Of a stretch of 64,000 nucleotides of DNA, positions 19,600 to 29,592 are shown piece after piece; the stretch's first letter is position 1; the number at the start of each line of letters is the position of its first letter. A model generated the notes under the pieces. It saw nothing but the letters and a program-made list of their open reading frames with translations. It ran no database searches and was not told the origin of the DNA. The position numbers were made by a program, and so were the translations under genes. Origin of the DNA: an uncultured virus (IMG/VR IMGVR_UViG_3300025809_000016) (taxonomy: Duplodnaviria > Heunggongvirae > Uroviricota > Caudoviricetes); IMG/VR virus record IMGVR_UViG_3300025809_000016. One strand, written 5' to 3'.

Positions 19600-21663
19600 A
19601 TGGCAAACATAACCACATCTATCACGCTTGCCATCGTTGGCAGCGGTGGAAACATTTCAGGACAGAACATTTACGGCTCTGAAACAATCAGCGTTACTGT
19701 AACGACCCCTGCTGGCCATGGGAGCTGGACAGCCAGTGAGTTTAGTAGTGCCATTTCTCTGTCTCCTTCATCCGGAGCTTCAGGCTCCACTTGTGTTATT
19801 ACTGCTCACGCTTCAAATACTGGCTCATTTAGTGCTTCATTCCAGTCCTCCAGTAGCTCAGGGGAAGTTACTGCTACTGGTGCTGTGTCAGGTTCTGTGT
19901 TAGCGAGTGTAAACGGAACAGTTCCCTCTGGTATCACTCTCTCTTATCAATCAGATGGTGAAGTCGTTGGAAGACATATCAAAGCCCTCGCATCCGGGGG
20001 TACGGGTACTCTCCAAGTCTCTGGTGATAACGTGACGTGGCAGACTAATGGATTTTGGTTTTACAGAAACCGAGGAAGCTCTCCTGTCTTCTACGCAAGG
20101 TCTCTCGGAATAGGGTCAGGGGCAACTCCAAGTGCGTCTTTGGGGCCGGTAGCTAATGGTCAAGTACCTTATCTGCCGCCTTCAACAGCATCAGGTAGCC
20201 TTGGTGGCCCTTATAATGTTTTATTTTCTCACGGAACAACATACACGTTCCCAAGCCCCGGTGTTCCTACCGGACACAACTTCAGTATTAGCTTCAACAC
20301 GATAAACTCAACAACGGTACCTTTACCTGCCGCAGCGGGTACTTACACGTTCTCTTTATATACTAAAAGACAAGTAGCGTATGGTGGAGATAACTCAACG
20401 TGGTCAAGCGGATACGCCTCTACGACAGTTACAAGAGCCGCAGAACCTACTACGGTTTCACCTCCTACTTCTATCACTTTCAATCCTTCAAATACTTTGA
20501 GTGCTACAACAAACGTAGTCCTCACTGCGTCAGGAGGTACAGCTGGCGGTACTTTGAACGTTGGTATCTCAGACTACGCAGCGTCTCCAAGGACACTCAG
20601 TTTGACCAGAGGAACCACCTATACAGCTTCTGCTTATAGAGAGCTTGGAGGGACAAATAGCTCTACTATCTCTCAATCATACACAGTGCCTTATCTACCA
20701 AATAGCTTTGGTGATTTATCTATTGGCACCACAGTATCGAATACTACTATAACAAGCACTACTACCACTCAGACAGCCGTGGTCACCAATGGCAACGCTA
20801 ACACTCAATACCGCCTTATCAAAAACGGTACGTGGATAAGCACACATAACTATGGCTCCACACCTTTCCAGATACCTACGGCACATTTGCCCACGGCAGG
20901 GAACACCCAAGTCTATAGCGTTGAAGGCAGGTTATTAGTATCGTCAGGAGGTGATGGAACTACGTGGTCTTCTACAGGCCATACGTTTAGCATCACACAC
21001 ACTTCCGCTACTTCTGGCCCTAATGCTTTCGACCTTGGCTCGGATGGTGTAGGTGTCCCTCTCTCTACTCTTATTTACTCTGACCTAACCCCTACAATAA
21101 CAGGGATGGTTAGCCCTACCTCTCATACAGTAACAGCGTCTGGAGCAGGATCGCCTGAAGTAAGTGTGGCAGGAGGCGCTTACGCTACATCAGCGACAGT
21201 GACAAACAACCAGACAGTCAGTCTTCGTTTTAGTTCCTCTAATACTTATAACACTGCTAACACGGCGACACTGACTATCAATGGTGTGTCCGATTCAGTA
21301 ACAGCAACTACTATGGTCGATCCCGGCACAGGTGGTAGTACTGGTACAACTGGTTCTAATGCTTATGGTTTAGAAGTAAGGAACAGCAGTGGCACTGTGA
21401 TCTTCGGGCCTGATTTTAGGTCAGGAAGAGCTATCAACTCTGGCACTTGGAGTGCCGCAGCAAATAGTAGTTCAATATCATACACTGTTGAAGGTATGAC
21501 AGCGAGTAATAGAGATACCATTGGTGTCCTCCTTGCTGTAACTACTGCTGGAGCCGCTGCCGCAGGGTTCTCACTGACAATACAATACGGTGCTGGTTCT
21601 TTCTACATTCAGAATAACAGTAGCACTGCTTATACTGGCAACTTTTTAGCTTTGAGGTATTAA
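19600..21663 (+). CDS. Ser/Thr/Gly-rich tail fibre/adhesin-like virion protein
   Basis: Beta-rich composition; C-terminal AYGL.V...G domain; tail module context. Confidence 0.65.
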   Translation: MANITTSITLAIVGSGGNISGQNIYGSETISVTVTTPAGHGSWTASEFSSAISLSPSSGASGSTCVITAHASNTGSFSASFQSSSSSGEVTATGAVSGSVLASVNGTVPSGITLSYQSDGEVVGRHIKALASGGTGTLQVSGDNVTWQTNGFWFYRNRGSSPVFYARSLGIGSGATPSASLGPVANGQVPYLPPSTASGSLGGPYNVLFSHGTTYTFPSPGVPTGHNFSISFNTINSTTVPLPAAAGTYTFSLYTKRQVAYGGDNSTWSSGYASTTVTRAAEPTTVSPPTSITFNPSNTLSATTNVVLTASGGTAGGTLNVGISDYAASPRTLSLTRGTTYTASAYRELGGTNSSTISQSYTVPYLPNSFGDLSIGTTVSNTTITSTTTTQTAVVTNGNANTQYRLIKNGTWISTHNYGSTPFQIPTAHLPTAGNTQVYSVEGRLLVSSGGDGTTWSSTGHTFSITHTSATSGPNAFDLGSDGVGVPLSTLIYSDLTPTITGMVSPTSHTVTASGAGSPEVSVAGGAYATSATVTNNQTVSLRFSSSNTYNTANTATLTINGVSDSVTATTMVDPGTGGSTGTTGSNAYGLEVRNSSGTVIFGPDFRSGRAINSGTWSAAANSSSISYTVEGMTASNRDTIGVLLAVTTAGAAAAGFSLTIQYGAGSFYIQNNSSTAYTGNFLALRY

Positions 21664-21664
21664 T

Positions 21665-22303
21665 ATGGCATACGGATTACAAATAACAGGTGCTAATAAC
21701 ATCACCCAACTGGATACACAGCTGACCTCTACGGTTCAACTCGTGGTATTCAGTGAAGGCGCGACCCTCACTAATAACGCAGCGATAGCAGGTTATACTA
21801 CCGGAGACTTCATAGTAGGCAGACCTACAAGCGGGAGCGGGGCTTTCTCATCAAACTTTGCGAGTAACCCTCCTACGCTTAATGTACCGGGGACTTATAA
21901 GATCCTACGGGCTGTTAGTGGCAGTGGTGCTACCTCAGAGACAGCAAACGGAACAGGGTATGGTCTCACAGTTTATAAAGCTGATGGGACTACCAAGGTC
22001 TTCGATTCCCGTAGCTCTGCGAACGGCTTTGGTATAGAAACCATATGGTCAAAAGCAGGTCTCTACGGGGCAAAACAAACATCAGGTTCTCTAACCACCG
22101 CAAATAACACAGTCAGCAGCACGCTAACCTCTAACACGATGGTGGGGCTGAACGGTGGTATGGGGAACCTAAACGGCTTTTGGTTTGACAATGTAGGCTC
22201 ACAGGTGTTGTATAACTCTTACATAGCCTTCGGGGGCTTCTTGGGCCTCGGTGATGTGCCGATAGCAAACTTTAGCGAAGTAATAGCAGGAGAATTCAAA
22301 TGA
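21665..22303 (+). CDS. Tail-associated protein
   Basis: MAYGLQI and YGL.V...DG...FDS motifs typical of small siphovirus tail-tip proteins. Confidence 0.6.
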   Translation: MAYGLQITGANNITQLDTQLTSTVQLVVFSEGATLTNNAAIAGYTTGDFIVGRPTSGSGAFSSNFASNPPTLNVPGTYKILRAVSGSGATSETANGTGYGLTVYKADGTTKVFDSRSSANGFGIETIWSKAGLYGAKQTSGSLTTANNTVSSTLTSNTMVGLNGGMGNLNGFWFDNVGSQVLYNSYIAFGGFLGLGDVPIANFSEVIAGEFK

Positions 22304-22758
22304 CAGTTTATGCGATAGCAATAATAGATGACCAAGGCGACTGCGGTGCGATTTATACACCCGGTGCCGTCTTTGATGATGAAGGGGTGTGGGCTAATGA
22401 CCCTACAAAGCGGGTTGTTCACATAACAACTCAACTTTCCGACAATGTCCTCTTTGCTAAGAATAACTTTTATAGTGAAGATGACGTATGGCTACCTCGG
22501 ACTGAGAGGCCCGGAGACTACTACAACTGGGTTAACTCTGTTTGGGTGGTAGATGCTGATAGGTTATCAGAAGAAATAAGACAACAGAGAGATACTCTAC
22601 TGTTCAAATCCGACTGGACACAAGTAGCAGACAGCCCTTTGACAGAAACACAAATAGCAAGTTGGGCAACCTATCGACAAGATCTGAGGGATGTTCCCAG
22701 CCTTAACACAGGTGTTAATCATCTGGATCAAGTAGCGTGGCCTACGCCTCCATCCTGA
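22300..22758 (+). CDS. Tail fibre assembly chaperone
   Basis: IR.QRD.LL..SDWTQ..DSPL.....W..YRQ.LRDVP......WP..P. Confidence 0.85.
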   Translation: MTVYAIAIIDDQGDCGAIYTPGAVFDDEGVWANDPTKRVVHITTQLSDNVLFAKNNFYSEDDVWLPRTERPGDYYNWVNSVWVVDADRLSEEIRQQRDTLLFKSDWTQVADSPLTETQIASWATYRQDLRDVPSLNTGVNHLDQVAWPTPPS

Positions 22759-22769
22759 TCACACTAAAG
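22755..22769 (+). promoter_or_regulatory. Phage RNAP promoter, class B
   Basis: CTGATCACACTAAAG at the gene boundary. Confidence 0.65.
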
Positions 22770-22846
22770 ATAACCACAAACAACGGGGTCACTAAGGCCC
22801 CTTCACTTCATAATTGCCCATCTGAGGATCGGCAGGAGAAGAACAT

Positions 22847-23326
22847 ATGGCACGCTCAACAAGCACCAGTTCAGGAAGATCACGAATAACAGCGCCTACC
22901 AGAGATGTCCTAACGGATGATGGTACCGCTTTAATCTCGCTAGTAAAAGGCGAACAAATACAAATAGAGTTCACAGCAGCTTGGATGACCAGCCTGTTAG
23001 GAGCTACGATTACTGCTAAGGTAGTGGAAGGAGACAACGATGTGTTAGGTACTAAACCTACACACGAAGCTCACCACGGTAGTCAACAATCAGCTATCAT
23101 AACCACATTGGAAGTGATCGATGAAATACCTACAGACAACGTTTTTAAAATAGTCTTTCCCGAAACACTAATAGCAACTTGGTCTACTGCCCCTCTTCCT
23201 AATCTCCCTGTATATGGCTTCTTTGGCATAGAGATAGCAGATGTGGGTGTTGGATCTGCTCAACAAATATGGAAGCCCGTTCGTGGCTTAGTAGAAGTTC
23301 TATACAGCCCCACGGAGGCAACCTAA
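22847..23326 (+). CDS. Virion structural protein (BppU-like, putative)
   Basis: Beta-rich 159 aa preceding a large fibre gene. Confidence 0.45.
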   Translation: MARSTSTSSGRSRITAPTRDVLTDDGTALISLVKGEQIQIEFTAAWMTSLLGATITAKVVEGDNDVLGTKPTHEAHHGSQQSAIITTLEVIDEIPTDNVFKIVFPETLIATWSTAPLPNLPVYGFFGIEIADVGVGSAQQIWKPVRGLVEVLYSPTEAT

Positions 23327-26300
23327 TGTCATATACTATCGATCTAAATAACCCCAAGTACAATGTTAGCCTCTCACGAGTAGGCGCACAAGGTGCCAAG
23401 GGTACATCCGTGTCCAACGTTGTTATCGATGAAAACGATGCACTGATGGTCACTCTTGTAGATGGTGCTGGTGTCGTTACTGAAACGATTAATGCTGGCA
23501 CTATCGTAGGTGTAGCTCCTGCTGACTTGACTGTCTTGTCTCACTGGACATTTGACCCTGTTAATCGAAAACTGATCTCAGACGTTGCTATTGAAACAAC
23601 CCTGAACTCTATCTACTTGGGTGAGCAGCACAAGATGTCTTCTGGTTCAGAGAACATCTACTTCACTAACTTAACCAGCGACATAAACTTCTTCCCTATG
23701 TGGGGTGGACTAAAAGACCAGAGCATTACTGTTAACCGTGATGCCACAGGTTTCATACCTCCAAGCGGACGAATATACTCAGATATGTTCTCCTTGCCTC
23801 TCGGTGGACAACCAAACCCTTTGACATCAACAGGCTATGCTGGTGATAACTACTTCGGTATCAACATCGCTGGACTAGGTATTACGACTGTTGCGGCAGA
23901 GCAAGTCAATGAAGACGTTCGTCTTGAATACCGTATTACTATTGCTGGCAATCAGGTGTATATGCAAGAGCTGCCTCGAAATGCTTTACGTTCGTCAGCT
24001 GCTTCCATTATCTACCCGAATGATGTTATCGAATGGTTCTTTGACCACCCTGTCGATGTTAGAGCAGGTACTACTTTGTTCGCAGAGATACACAAAGTAC
24101 GTAAAAGCGATGATGTCGATTTAGGTATCTTCCAAGTTCGACAAGGTGACACAGTAGATCCTAACACTGGATTGTACAGATACCAAGCAACAGTTCACAA
24201 TAGATTGTTCGAAGACAAAGATATCGAACTGATCTCCCCTTACCTCAAGTATAAGGCGATGGACTTCAGTGCAGATAGCACTGGTGGTGTCATCCTCCTT
24301 AAAGACTTAACATTGGCAGCAGGAACAGAACTTCTTATTCCTCACCCTGTTAACACGCTTCAAGCGATAGCTAATGGTACTGAGATACAGATCAAAGCTA
24401 AAGGTGGAGCAAAAGTAATCATCGAGTCTCTCCCAGTAACCGGCGTGAGCATCGGCGGTGTTCTTGTAAACTCTGTCTTGAACCTTGCTGTAACAGAACT
24501 AAACAACTTATTCACTAACACTCTCAGCTTTGCTTCACAAGGGAACCCTGTAAACAGCTTTGCCCTTAGTGGCAACAACCTAACTCTTGGTTTAACTGAC
24601 GGTACTTCTTACACAGTAGATGTTACTACATTAGGTGTAGATACTGACAACTTCGTATCCAGCGCTGCCTTGAACGGTTCTGATCTGGTTCTTACGATGG
24701 ACGATGCTACTCTTGTCACTGTTGATGCTACAACTCTCCTCCTTGACGAGAATGATGTAGTCCAAAGCGGTACGCTAGTTGGTGATGACTTAGTACTAAC
24801 CTTGAGCAACAGCCAAACAGTTACTATTGACGTAACAGCATTGGGCTTAAGCAGTAACGCCACAGTGGTTAGTGGTGCGATGAATAATGATAACATAACC
24901 CTCGATCTGACTATGAGCGATGGCTCCATAATCGGGATAGACGTAGCTAACTTAGTAGTCGATCCTAACACACACGTAAACTTCGGTAATGTTGTGGGTA
25001 ACTCTTTAATCATGTCTCTTACTGACGGTTCTAGTGTTACTGTCGATGTATCTACTCTCAACCTCGATTCTAACGATTACGTGGTTAGCGGTGGCCTTAA
25101 TGCTGACGGTATAAACATCGATCTAGTATTGAACAACGGTACTACGATCCAGTTGCCAGTAGCAGGTTTGGCTGTTGATAACGACACGGTAATCACAGGT
25201 GGCACAGTCTTAGGTACTGACTTACGTCTTACCCTTAGCACTGGCTCTATCATCATTGTTGACGCAACTGATTTCACCATTGACACTGATACCACGATTA
25301 CCAGCGGTGCTATGAATGCTGACGGTGTTAACATCGATCTGACCATGAGCGATGCGACTGTAGTTCAGATACCCGTAGCAGCCTTAGCAGTTGATACTAA
25401 CACTGTGGTTTCTAGTGGCCTAGTTAACGGCACAGATCTAGAACTCACACTTAGCAACGGCACAGTTATTGTTATTGATGCAACAGCTTTCACCTTGGCA
25501 GCGAGTGTCACCGTTGTTAGCGGTGCTATGAATGCTGACGGTATTAACCTTGATTTAACTATGAGCGATGCTACCACAATACAGGTAGATGTAAGTGACT
25601 TAGCCCTCGACACAAACACTGTTATTTCTAGCGGTGCTGTTGTAGGTACAGACATCCAGCTTACTCTTAGCTCAGGTGTTGTTGTTTCTGTAGATGCAAC
25701 TTCTTTGTTGTTAGACACTAATGACTTTGTGGCCAGCGGTGCTATGAATGCTGACGGTGTTAACATCGATCTCACGATGGACAGCGGTACTGTCATACAG
25801 ATAGCGGTAGGTGATTTAGCACTCGACACTAACAACTTTGTGGCTAGCGGTGCTGTTGTAGGTACTGACTTAGTCCTTACGATGAGTGATGCTACTACGA
25901 TTACTATTGATGCTACAACCTTGGCTACTGGATCAAGTACACAAGTGGCCAGCGGTGCTGTTGTAGGTACTGACTTAATCCTTACGATGAGCGATGCTAC
26001 TACGATTACTATTGATGCCTTGAATATGGTCAATGGTTCTACGATGACTGCTACAAATGACGACTGGTACATCTCTTATGGCACTAATGCCAACGATGTA
26101 GTGGCTGTCAATAACGCGGACAACACTATCAAGAACCAGCAGCCGTTTTACTTTGGTCAAGTATTGGCCAGAGGCTCGGAGTTCAGATGGAATCTAAACG
26201 TAGTGAACCAGCAGCGTTGGGGCATATGGGATGGAGCACAAGTGGCTAGCACCTATCAGGTTGCCACAGACATCAATAACTGGAATACTTGCTTTAACTT

Positions 26301-28140
26301 CTTGAATGGTGGTACTCGCTTTATAAATGGTACTAACACAGCTTTAATCACAGGTACTCAGTATGTACTGTCTGCGGGAGATCCCGTAGGAATCAAGTTT
26401 GATGAAGATGGTCACTTAACGTTAATTGATTACAGCGGCACTACCCCTGTTGATATAGCGAAGACGACTATTCCTTTATCTGTTACTGAATTCAATCTTC
26501 AATACGGAACTTGGCAGTATCAGGTGTTCCCTAATGGGATTATCTCTACAAGTGATTGGACTATCGTTCACGACTTTGCTGGTACAGAAGCAGGGATTGT
26601 TAACGGTATCTTAGACCACACAGTACTAAAGTCGAACCTTAGCATTCTCCCCGGTGAGAAGATCATGTTCATGCTAGATGAAGTAGGTCAAGGTGACCGC
26701 TTTGGAACTAACTACACATCAGCTTCTACGGGTGTTTCTACTGCGGAAGAGCAGCTCGATAACGAGTTCATCTACCAAACCAATGAAGCGATAGTGCTAG
26801 ACCCTAGTGTTGGTGTTTCAGACTGGAACGCTAACACATCAGCATCTGGCTACTTCTACTCTGCGAATTTGAACCAGTATAGAGCAGGCGGTAATGCTGG
26901 AACTATTCAGGGTATGCACTCACTGAGATACCTTGCTGACAATAGTATTGAAATCTATGATGAAGACGCAAATGAGGTCATAGCAACCGCAAAGCAAGAT
27001 GGTGATGGCAGTGCTATCTCTCTCTACTTCGGTGTAAGAGGAAACAGAGCTTATTACTCTATACCTGTTATCTCCAAGCAGTCTGTGGGTTCACTCTCTC
27101 AGCCTGAGCTAACGTTTGCTCCTGACATCTCTGATCAAGCTTTCTCTATTACAGAAGGCGCAGCATTTAGTCTCCAGATAGCTTTGGATGCTGGTTCTGA
27201 CATTGTGAATATGTATGGCGAAAGTGATGCTCCCTCTTGGGCAGTCTTAGGACAAACGTCTGGGCAGTTCATTGGTACAGCTCCTGCCTTCAATGGCACC
27301 TCTGACAGCTATGTTATCAACTGTAAAGCGGGTAACGCTATCGGTGGTATCGTTAACTTCACGGTGACTTTGAATGTAGCAGAGATTGTTTATACTAACT
27401 CTAAGTCTTTGAAGTTTAGTGCTAACTCAAATGCTTATTTAGCAGGCCCTCACGCTACCGCCAATTCGATGGCAAGATCGGGAAATGGCAGTGGGTCAGC
27501 AGACGCTTGGAGCCTGTCTATGTGGGTCAAGCCTTCAAGCTCAACTAATGTACAAACCCTGTTCTACTACGGCGGTGATGATCTCACCAATGAAGGTAGG
27601 ATAGAGGTACAGCAGTTTAGCGGCAATAACGTCATGTTTAAGTATGGTAGCGCGAATAACTACTTGTACTTTATTGGAGTGGGTAATTTCCCTACTAACC
27701 AGTGGAACCACATCTTAGTCACCTATAACGGTGGAGCTACGGGTGTTAACCAAGCTGACATTTCTACGTATCTGACAAACTTTACCTTCTCTGTTAACGG
27801 TGCTAATGGTGCGTCTCAAGTGCAACATGGTAACTACGGCTACGCAGGTAGTATCATAGCTGACAGGTTTAGGATTGGTAGATTAGGAGGCGGCACTAGT
27901 ACTCAGTATATCTCAGATGGTATCATAAACCAAGTAGCTATTTGGGGTACAGATGAGAGCGCTAACCTAGCCACGATCTATAACAGTGGTGCTACTCAAG
28001 ATTTGAGTTTGCTAACTTCTGCTCCTCTTCACTACTACGAAATTGAAACTAGTGTAACCACTGTTCCTGATCTAATAGGGACTGCTGATTTGACTGGGTT
28101 CAACTTTGCTACTTCTGATTTGGTAACAGACGCTCCGTAA
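23326..28140 (+). CDS. Large repeat-containing fibre/adhesin with C-terminal LamG/ConA-like domain
   Basis: ATG overlaps the upstream TAA; about 37-aa repeats; Ig-like segment; WSLSMWVKP...WNHI.VTY...G.INQVAIW LamG motifs. Confidence 0.75.
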   Translation: MSYTIDLNNPKYNVSLSRVGAQGAKGTSVSNVVIDENDALMVTLVDGAGVVTETINAGTIVGVAPADLTVLSHWTFDPVNRKLISDVAIETTLNSIYLGEQHKMSSGSENIYFTNLTSDINFFPMWGGLKDQSITVNRDATGFIPPSGRIYSDMFSLPLGGQPNPLTSTGYAGDNYFGINIAGLGITTVAAEQVNEDVRLEYRITIAGNQVYMQELPRNALRSSAASIIYPNDVIEWFFDHPVDVRAGTTLFAEIHKVRKSDDVDLGIFQVRQGDTVDPNTGLYRYQATVHNRLFEDKDIELISPYLKYKAMDFSADSTGGVILLKDLTLAAGTELLIPHPVNTLQAIANGTEIQIKAKGGAKVIIESLPVTGVSIGGVLVNSVLNLAVTELNNLFTNTLSFASQGNPVNSFALSGNNLTLGLTDGTSYTVDVTTLGVDTDNFVSSAALNGSDLVLTMDDATLVTVDATTLLLDENDVVQSGTLVGDDLVLTLSNSQTVTIDVTALGLSSNATVVSGAMNNDNITLDLTMSDGSIIGIDVANLVVDPNTHVNFGNVVGNSLIMSLTDGSSVTVDVSTLNLDSNDYVVSGGLNADGINIDLVLNNGTTIQLPVAGLAVDNDTVITGGTVLGTDLRLTLSTGSIIIVDATDFTIDTDTTITSGAMNADGVNIDLTMSDATVVQIPVAALAVDTNTVVSSGLVNGTDLELTLSNGTVIVIDATAFTLAASVTVVSGAMNADGINLDLTMSDATTIQVDVSDLALDTNTVISSGAVVGTDIQLTLSSGVVVSVDATSLLLDTNDFVASGAMNADGVNIDLTMDSGTVIQIAVGDLALDTNNFVASGAVVGTDLVLTMSDATTITIDATTLATGSSTQVASGAVVGTDLILTMSDATTITIDALNMVNGSTMTATNDDWYISYGTNANDVVAVNNADNTIKNQQPFYFGQVLARGSEFRWNLNVVNQQRWGIWDGAQVASTYQVATDINNWNTCFNFLNGGTRFINGTNTALITGTQYVLSAGDPVGIKFDEDGHLTLIDYSGTTPVDIAKTTIPLSVTEFNLQYGTWQYQVFPNGIISTSDWTIVHDFAGTEAGIVNGILDHTVLKSNLSILPGEKIMFMLDEVGQGDRFGTNYTSASTGVSTAEEQLDNEFIYQTNEAIVLDPSVGVSDWNANTSASGYFYSANLNQYRAGGNAGTIQGMHSLRYLADNSIEIYDEDANEVIATAKQDGDGSAISLYFGVRGNRAYYSIPVISKQSVGSLSQPELTFAPDISDQAFSITEGAAFSLQIALDAGSDIVNMYGESDAPSWAVLGQTSGQFIGTAPAFNGTSDSYVINCKAGNAIGGIVNFTVTLNVAEIVYTNSKSLKFSANSNAYLAGPHATANSMARSGNGSGSADAWSLSMWVKPSSSTNVQTLFYYGGDDLTNEGRIEVQQFSGNNVMFKYGSANNYLYFIGVGNFPTNQWNHILVTYNGGATGVNQADISTYLTNFTFSVNGANGASQVQHGNYGYAGSIIADRFRIGRLGGGTSTQYISDGIINQVAIWGTDESANLATIYNSGATQDLSLLTSAPLHYYEIETSVTTVPDLIGTADLTGFNFATSDLVTDAP
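24540..26030 (+). repeat. Tandem array of about 13 repeats of about 37 aa in the fibre gene
   Basis: V.SGA..G.DL.LT.SD.T.I.ID.T.L units; DNA repeats such as AGCGGTGCTATGAATGCTGACGGT. Confidence 0.85.
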
Positions 28141-28159
28141 TACTTTTAGATGTAAATAT

Positions 28160-28194
28160 ACCCCCTTAAGGATCACTCCTTTTGGGGGTTTTTT
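28160..28194 (+). terminator. Intrinsic terminator ending the structural region
   Basis: ACCCCC..AAGGA-TCAC-TCCTT..GGGGGT followed by a T run. Confidence 0.8.
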
Positions 28195-28198
28195 ACGC

Positions 28199-28269
28199 TA
28201 AAAAGGGCCAAAAAAGTGAGAAAAAGGACGTATCTATAACGGAAGAATAAAAAGTAAAGCTAATCAAAA
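28199..28269 (+). promoter_or_regulatory. Class A promoter-like repeat, copy 1
   Basis: About 70 nt nearly identical to 28650-28721; core AAAAAGTGAG-N9-GTATCTATAACGGAAGAAT. Confidence 0.65.
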
Positions 28270-28283
28270 GGAACCAAGAAGAT

Positions 28284-28652
28284 ATGATTCACCAAGAAGT
28301 AGCAGCAATGTTGTTAAGCCTGTGTATGCAGTTAACCCTTGCGGGTTGCCCTGCACTCGTTGACTCACCGAAAGTACTTAAGCACCACTCACCCTCCGCA
28401 ACAATGATGTTCGCGGTTTCACAAACCCGGATAACAAAGGAAAAGAGGTACTACGTTTACTACTCACAAGCTTCTATAAAGGGCTTGAACCGAATGGAAA
28501 TACGTGGTGTCTTGGTACACGAACTGGCCCACTACATTTTGTATGTGGAGAAAGGATTGGACACCTCAAAGCATCAACGTCCGTTCCGAACTGAATGTCG
28601 CATACTCGCTAAATCGGCAGGAGAGGTAAGAACTTCTGTTTGTAGGCCTTAA
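28284..28652 (+). CDS. SprT-like zinc metalloprotease domain protein
   Basis: VLVHELAH...H..PF...C. Confidence 0.7.
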   Translation: MIHQEVAAMLLSLCMQLTLAGCPALVDSPKVLKHHSPSATMMFAVSQTRITKEKRYYVYYSQASIKGLNRMEIRGVLVHELAHYILYVEKGLDTSKHQRPFRTECRILAKSAGEVRTSVCRP

Positions 28653-28721
28653 AAAGGGCCTAAAAAAGTGAGAAAAAGGACGTATCTATAACGGAAGAAT
28701 AAAAAGTAAAGCTAATCAAAA
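28650..28721 (+). promoter_or_regulatory. Class A promoter-like repeat, copy 2
   Basis: Direct repeat of 28199-28269. Confidence 0.65.
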
Positions 28722-28762
28722 CCTTGTACTATCTATTAAAACTAAACCTAAAGGAATAAATC

Positions 28763-28870
28763 ATGAGCACTATCATCGCAGTAGTTGGAACATTCGTAGT
28801 AGTAAAGTTCGTATTAACAGTAATCATTAACGTTGCGCTTCTTGCAATAGTTAAGTTCTCTAAATTTTAA
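28763..28870 (+). CDS. 35-aa hydrophobic peptide
   Basis: MSTIIAVVGTFVVVKFVLTVIINVALLAIVKFSKF, preceded by the repeated leader and AAGGAA RBS. Confidence 0.55.
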   Translation: MSTIIAVVGTFVVVKFVLTVIINVALLAIVKFSKF

Positions 28871-28921
28871 TCTTAGCCCTTAAACTAAATCTATTAAAAC
28901 TAAACCTAAAGGAAGTATATT

Positions 28922-29326
28922 ATGTATAACGTAAGCACTATCACTATCAACACTTTTAACACAACTGCCATCAACGATTCAATCAACTACAAAGTTGCAG
29001 CGATTCGAACAATGGCTATCACTAACTTTAAGAAGGTATTTAAAAGAAGCGTCAACTGGGTAGCATCCTCAGTTATGGGTTCTAAAGAACGAGCGGAAGT
29101 AACTATGTTTGTAGTTGCCTCTGTGTTCTCAGCACTGGCAATGATGGCTACAGTACCTGTTGTAGGTGTTGTACCCGCACTTGTTATCTCGTTTCTTGCT
29201 TCACACATGATGGCAGAACTGACAGCAAAAGTAAGTATTGTTGCTGTCGCTGTAGTCGTAAGTACCGCCCTTGCTACTGTAGCTGCTCTTGCTGCAATCG
29301 TAATCGGTGTTGCTCACTTCGTATAG
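28922..29326 (+). CDS. Hypothetical membrane protein
   Basis: Several hydrophobic segments; repeated leader upstream. Confidence 0.7.
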   Translation: MYNVSTITINTFNTTAINDSINYKVAAIRTMAITNFKKVFKRSVNWVASSVMGSKERAEVTMFVVASVFSALAMMATVPVVGVVPALVISFLASHMMAELTAKVSIVAVAVVVSTALATVAALAAIVIGVAHFV

Positions 29327-29380
29327 TAAGAGCCTAATATTAACCTTTAACAGTTTTGGGGAAGTCAAATAATCCCTAGC

Positions 29381-29484
29381 TAGCTCCTTTTCGAACCGCA
29401 TCTACCGGATGCCGTTGTTAAGTTGAGCGTGAGCTATAAACCTCTTTGTTCGAATCCTAGCTAAAGGCAGGGTTGCTCAAAGAG
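29381..29484 (+). ncRNA. Candidate structured RNA with possible double pseudoknot
   Basis: Stems TAGCTC/GAGCTA, GCATC/GATGC, CTCTTTG/CAAAGAG, AATCCT/AGGGTT; cross-pairings TTCGAAC/GTTCGAA and TTGAGC/GCTCAA. Confidence 0.4.
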
Positions 29485-29493
29485 AAGAAGACA

Positions 29494-29550
29494 GTCGAAA
29501 CACTTATAGTGTCTGTAAGGATTAATCCCCTTGCACTGATGAGACAGATT
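29494..29550 (+). ncRNA. Type II hammerhead ribozyme, copy 1
   Basis: gtc-GAAA-cac-ttata-gtg-TC^-tgtaagg-attaatcc-ccttgca-CTGATGA-gac; loop AATC can pair with 3' GATT; predicted cleavage after C29513. Confidence 0.9.
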
Positions 29551-29592
29551 CTTAACTAAATCTATTAAACTAAATCTATTAAGGAATTAAAT

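Noticed and set aside
24540..26030. Diversity-generating retroelement template/variable repeats
   Set aside because: These are in-frame tandem repeats within one gene, and there is no reverse transcriptase in the window
28211..28248. Sigma70 promoter reading of the class A motif (TATAAC as -10)
   Set aside because: No -35 hexamer at 16-18 nt spacing and no extended -10 TG; not fully excluded for other sigma factors
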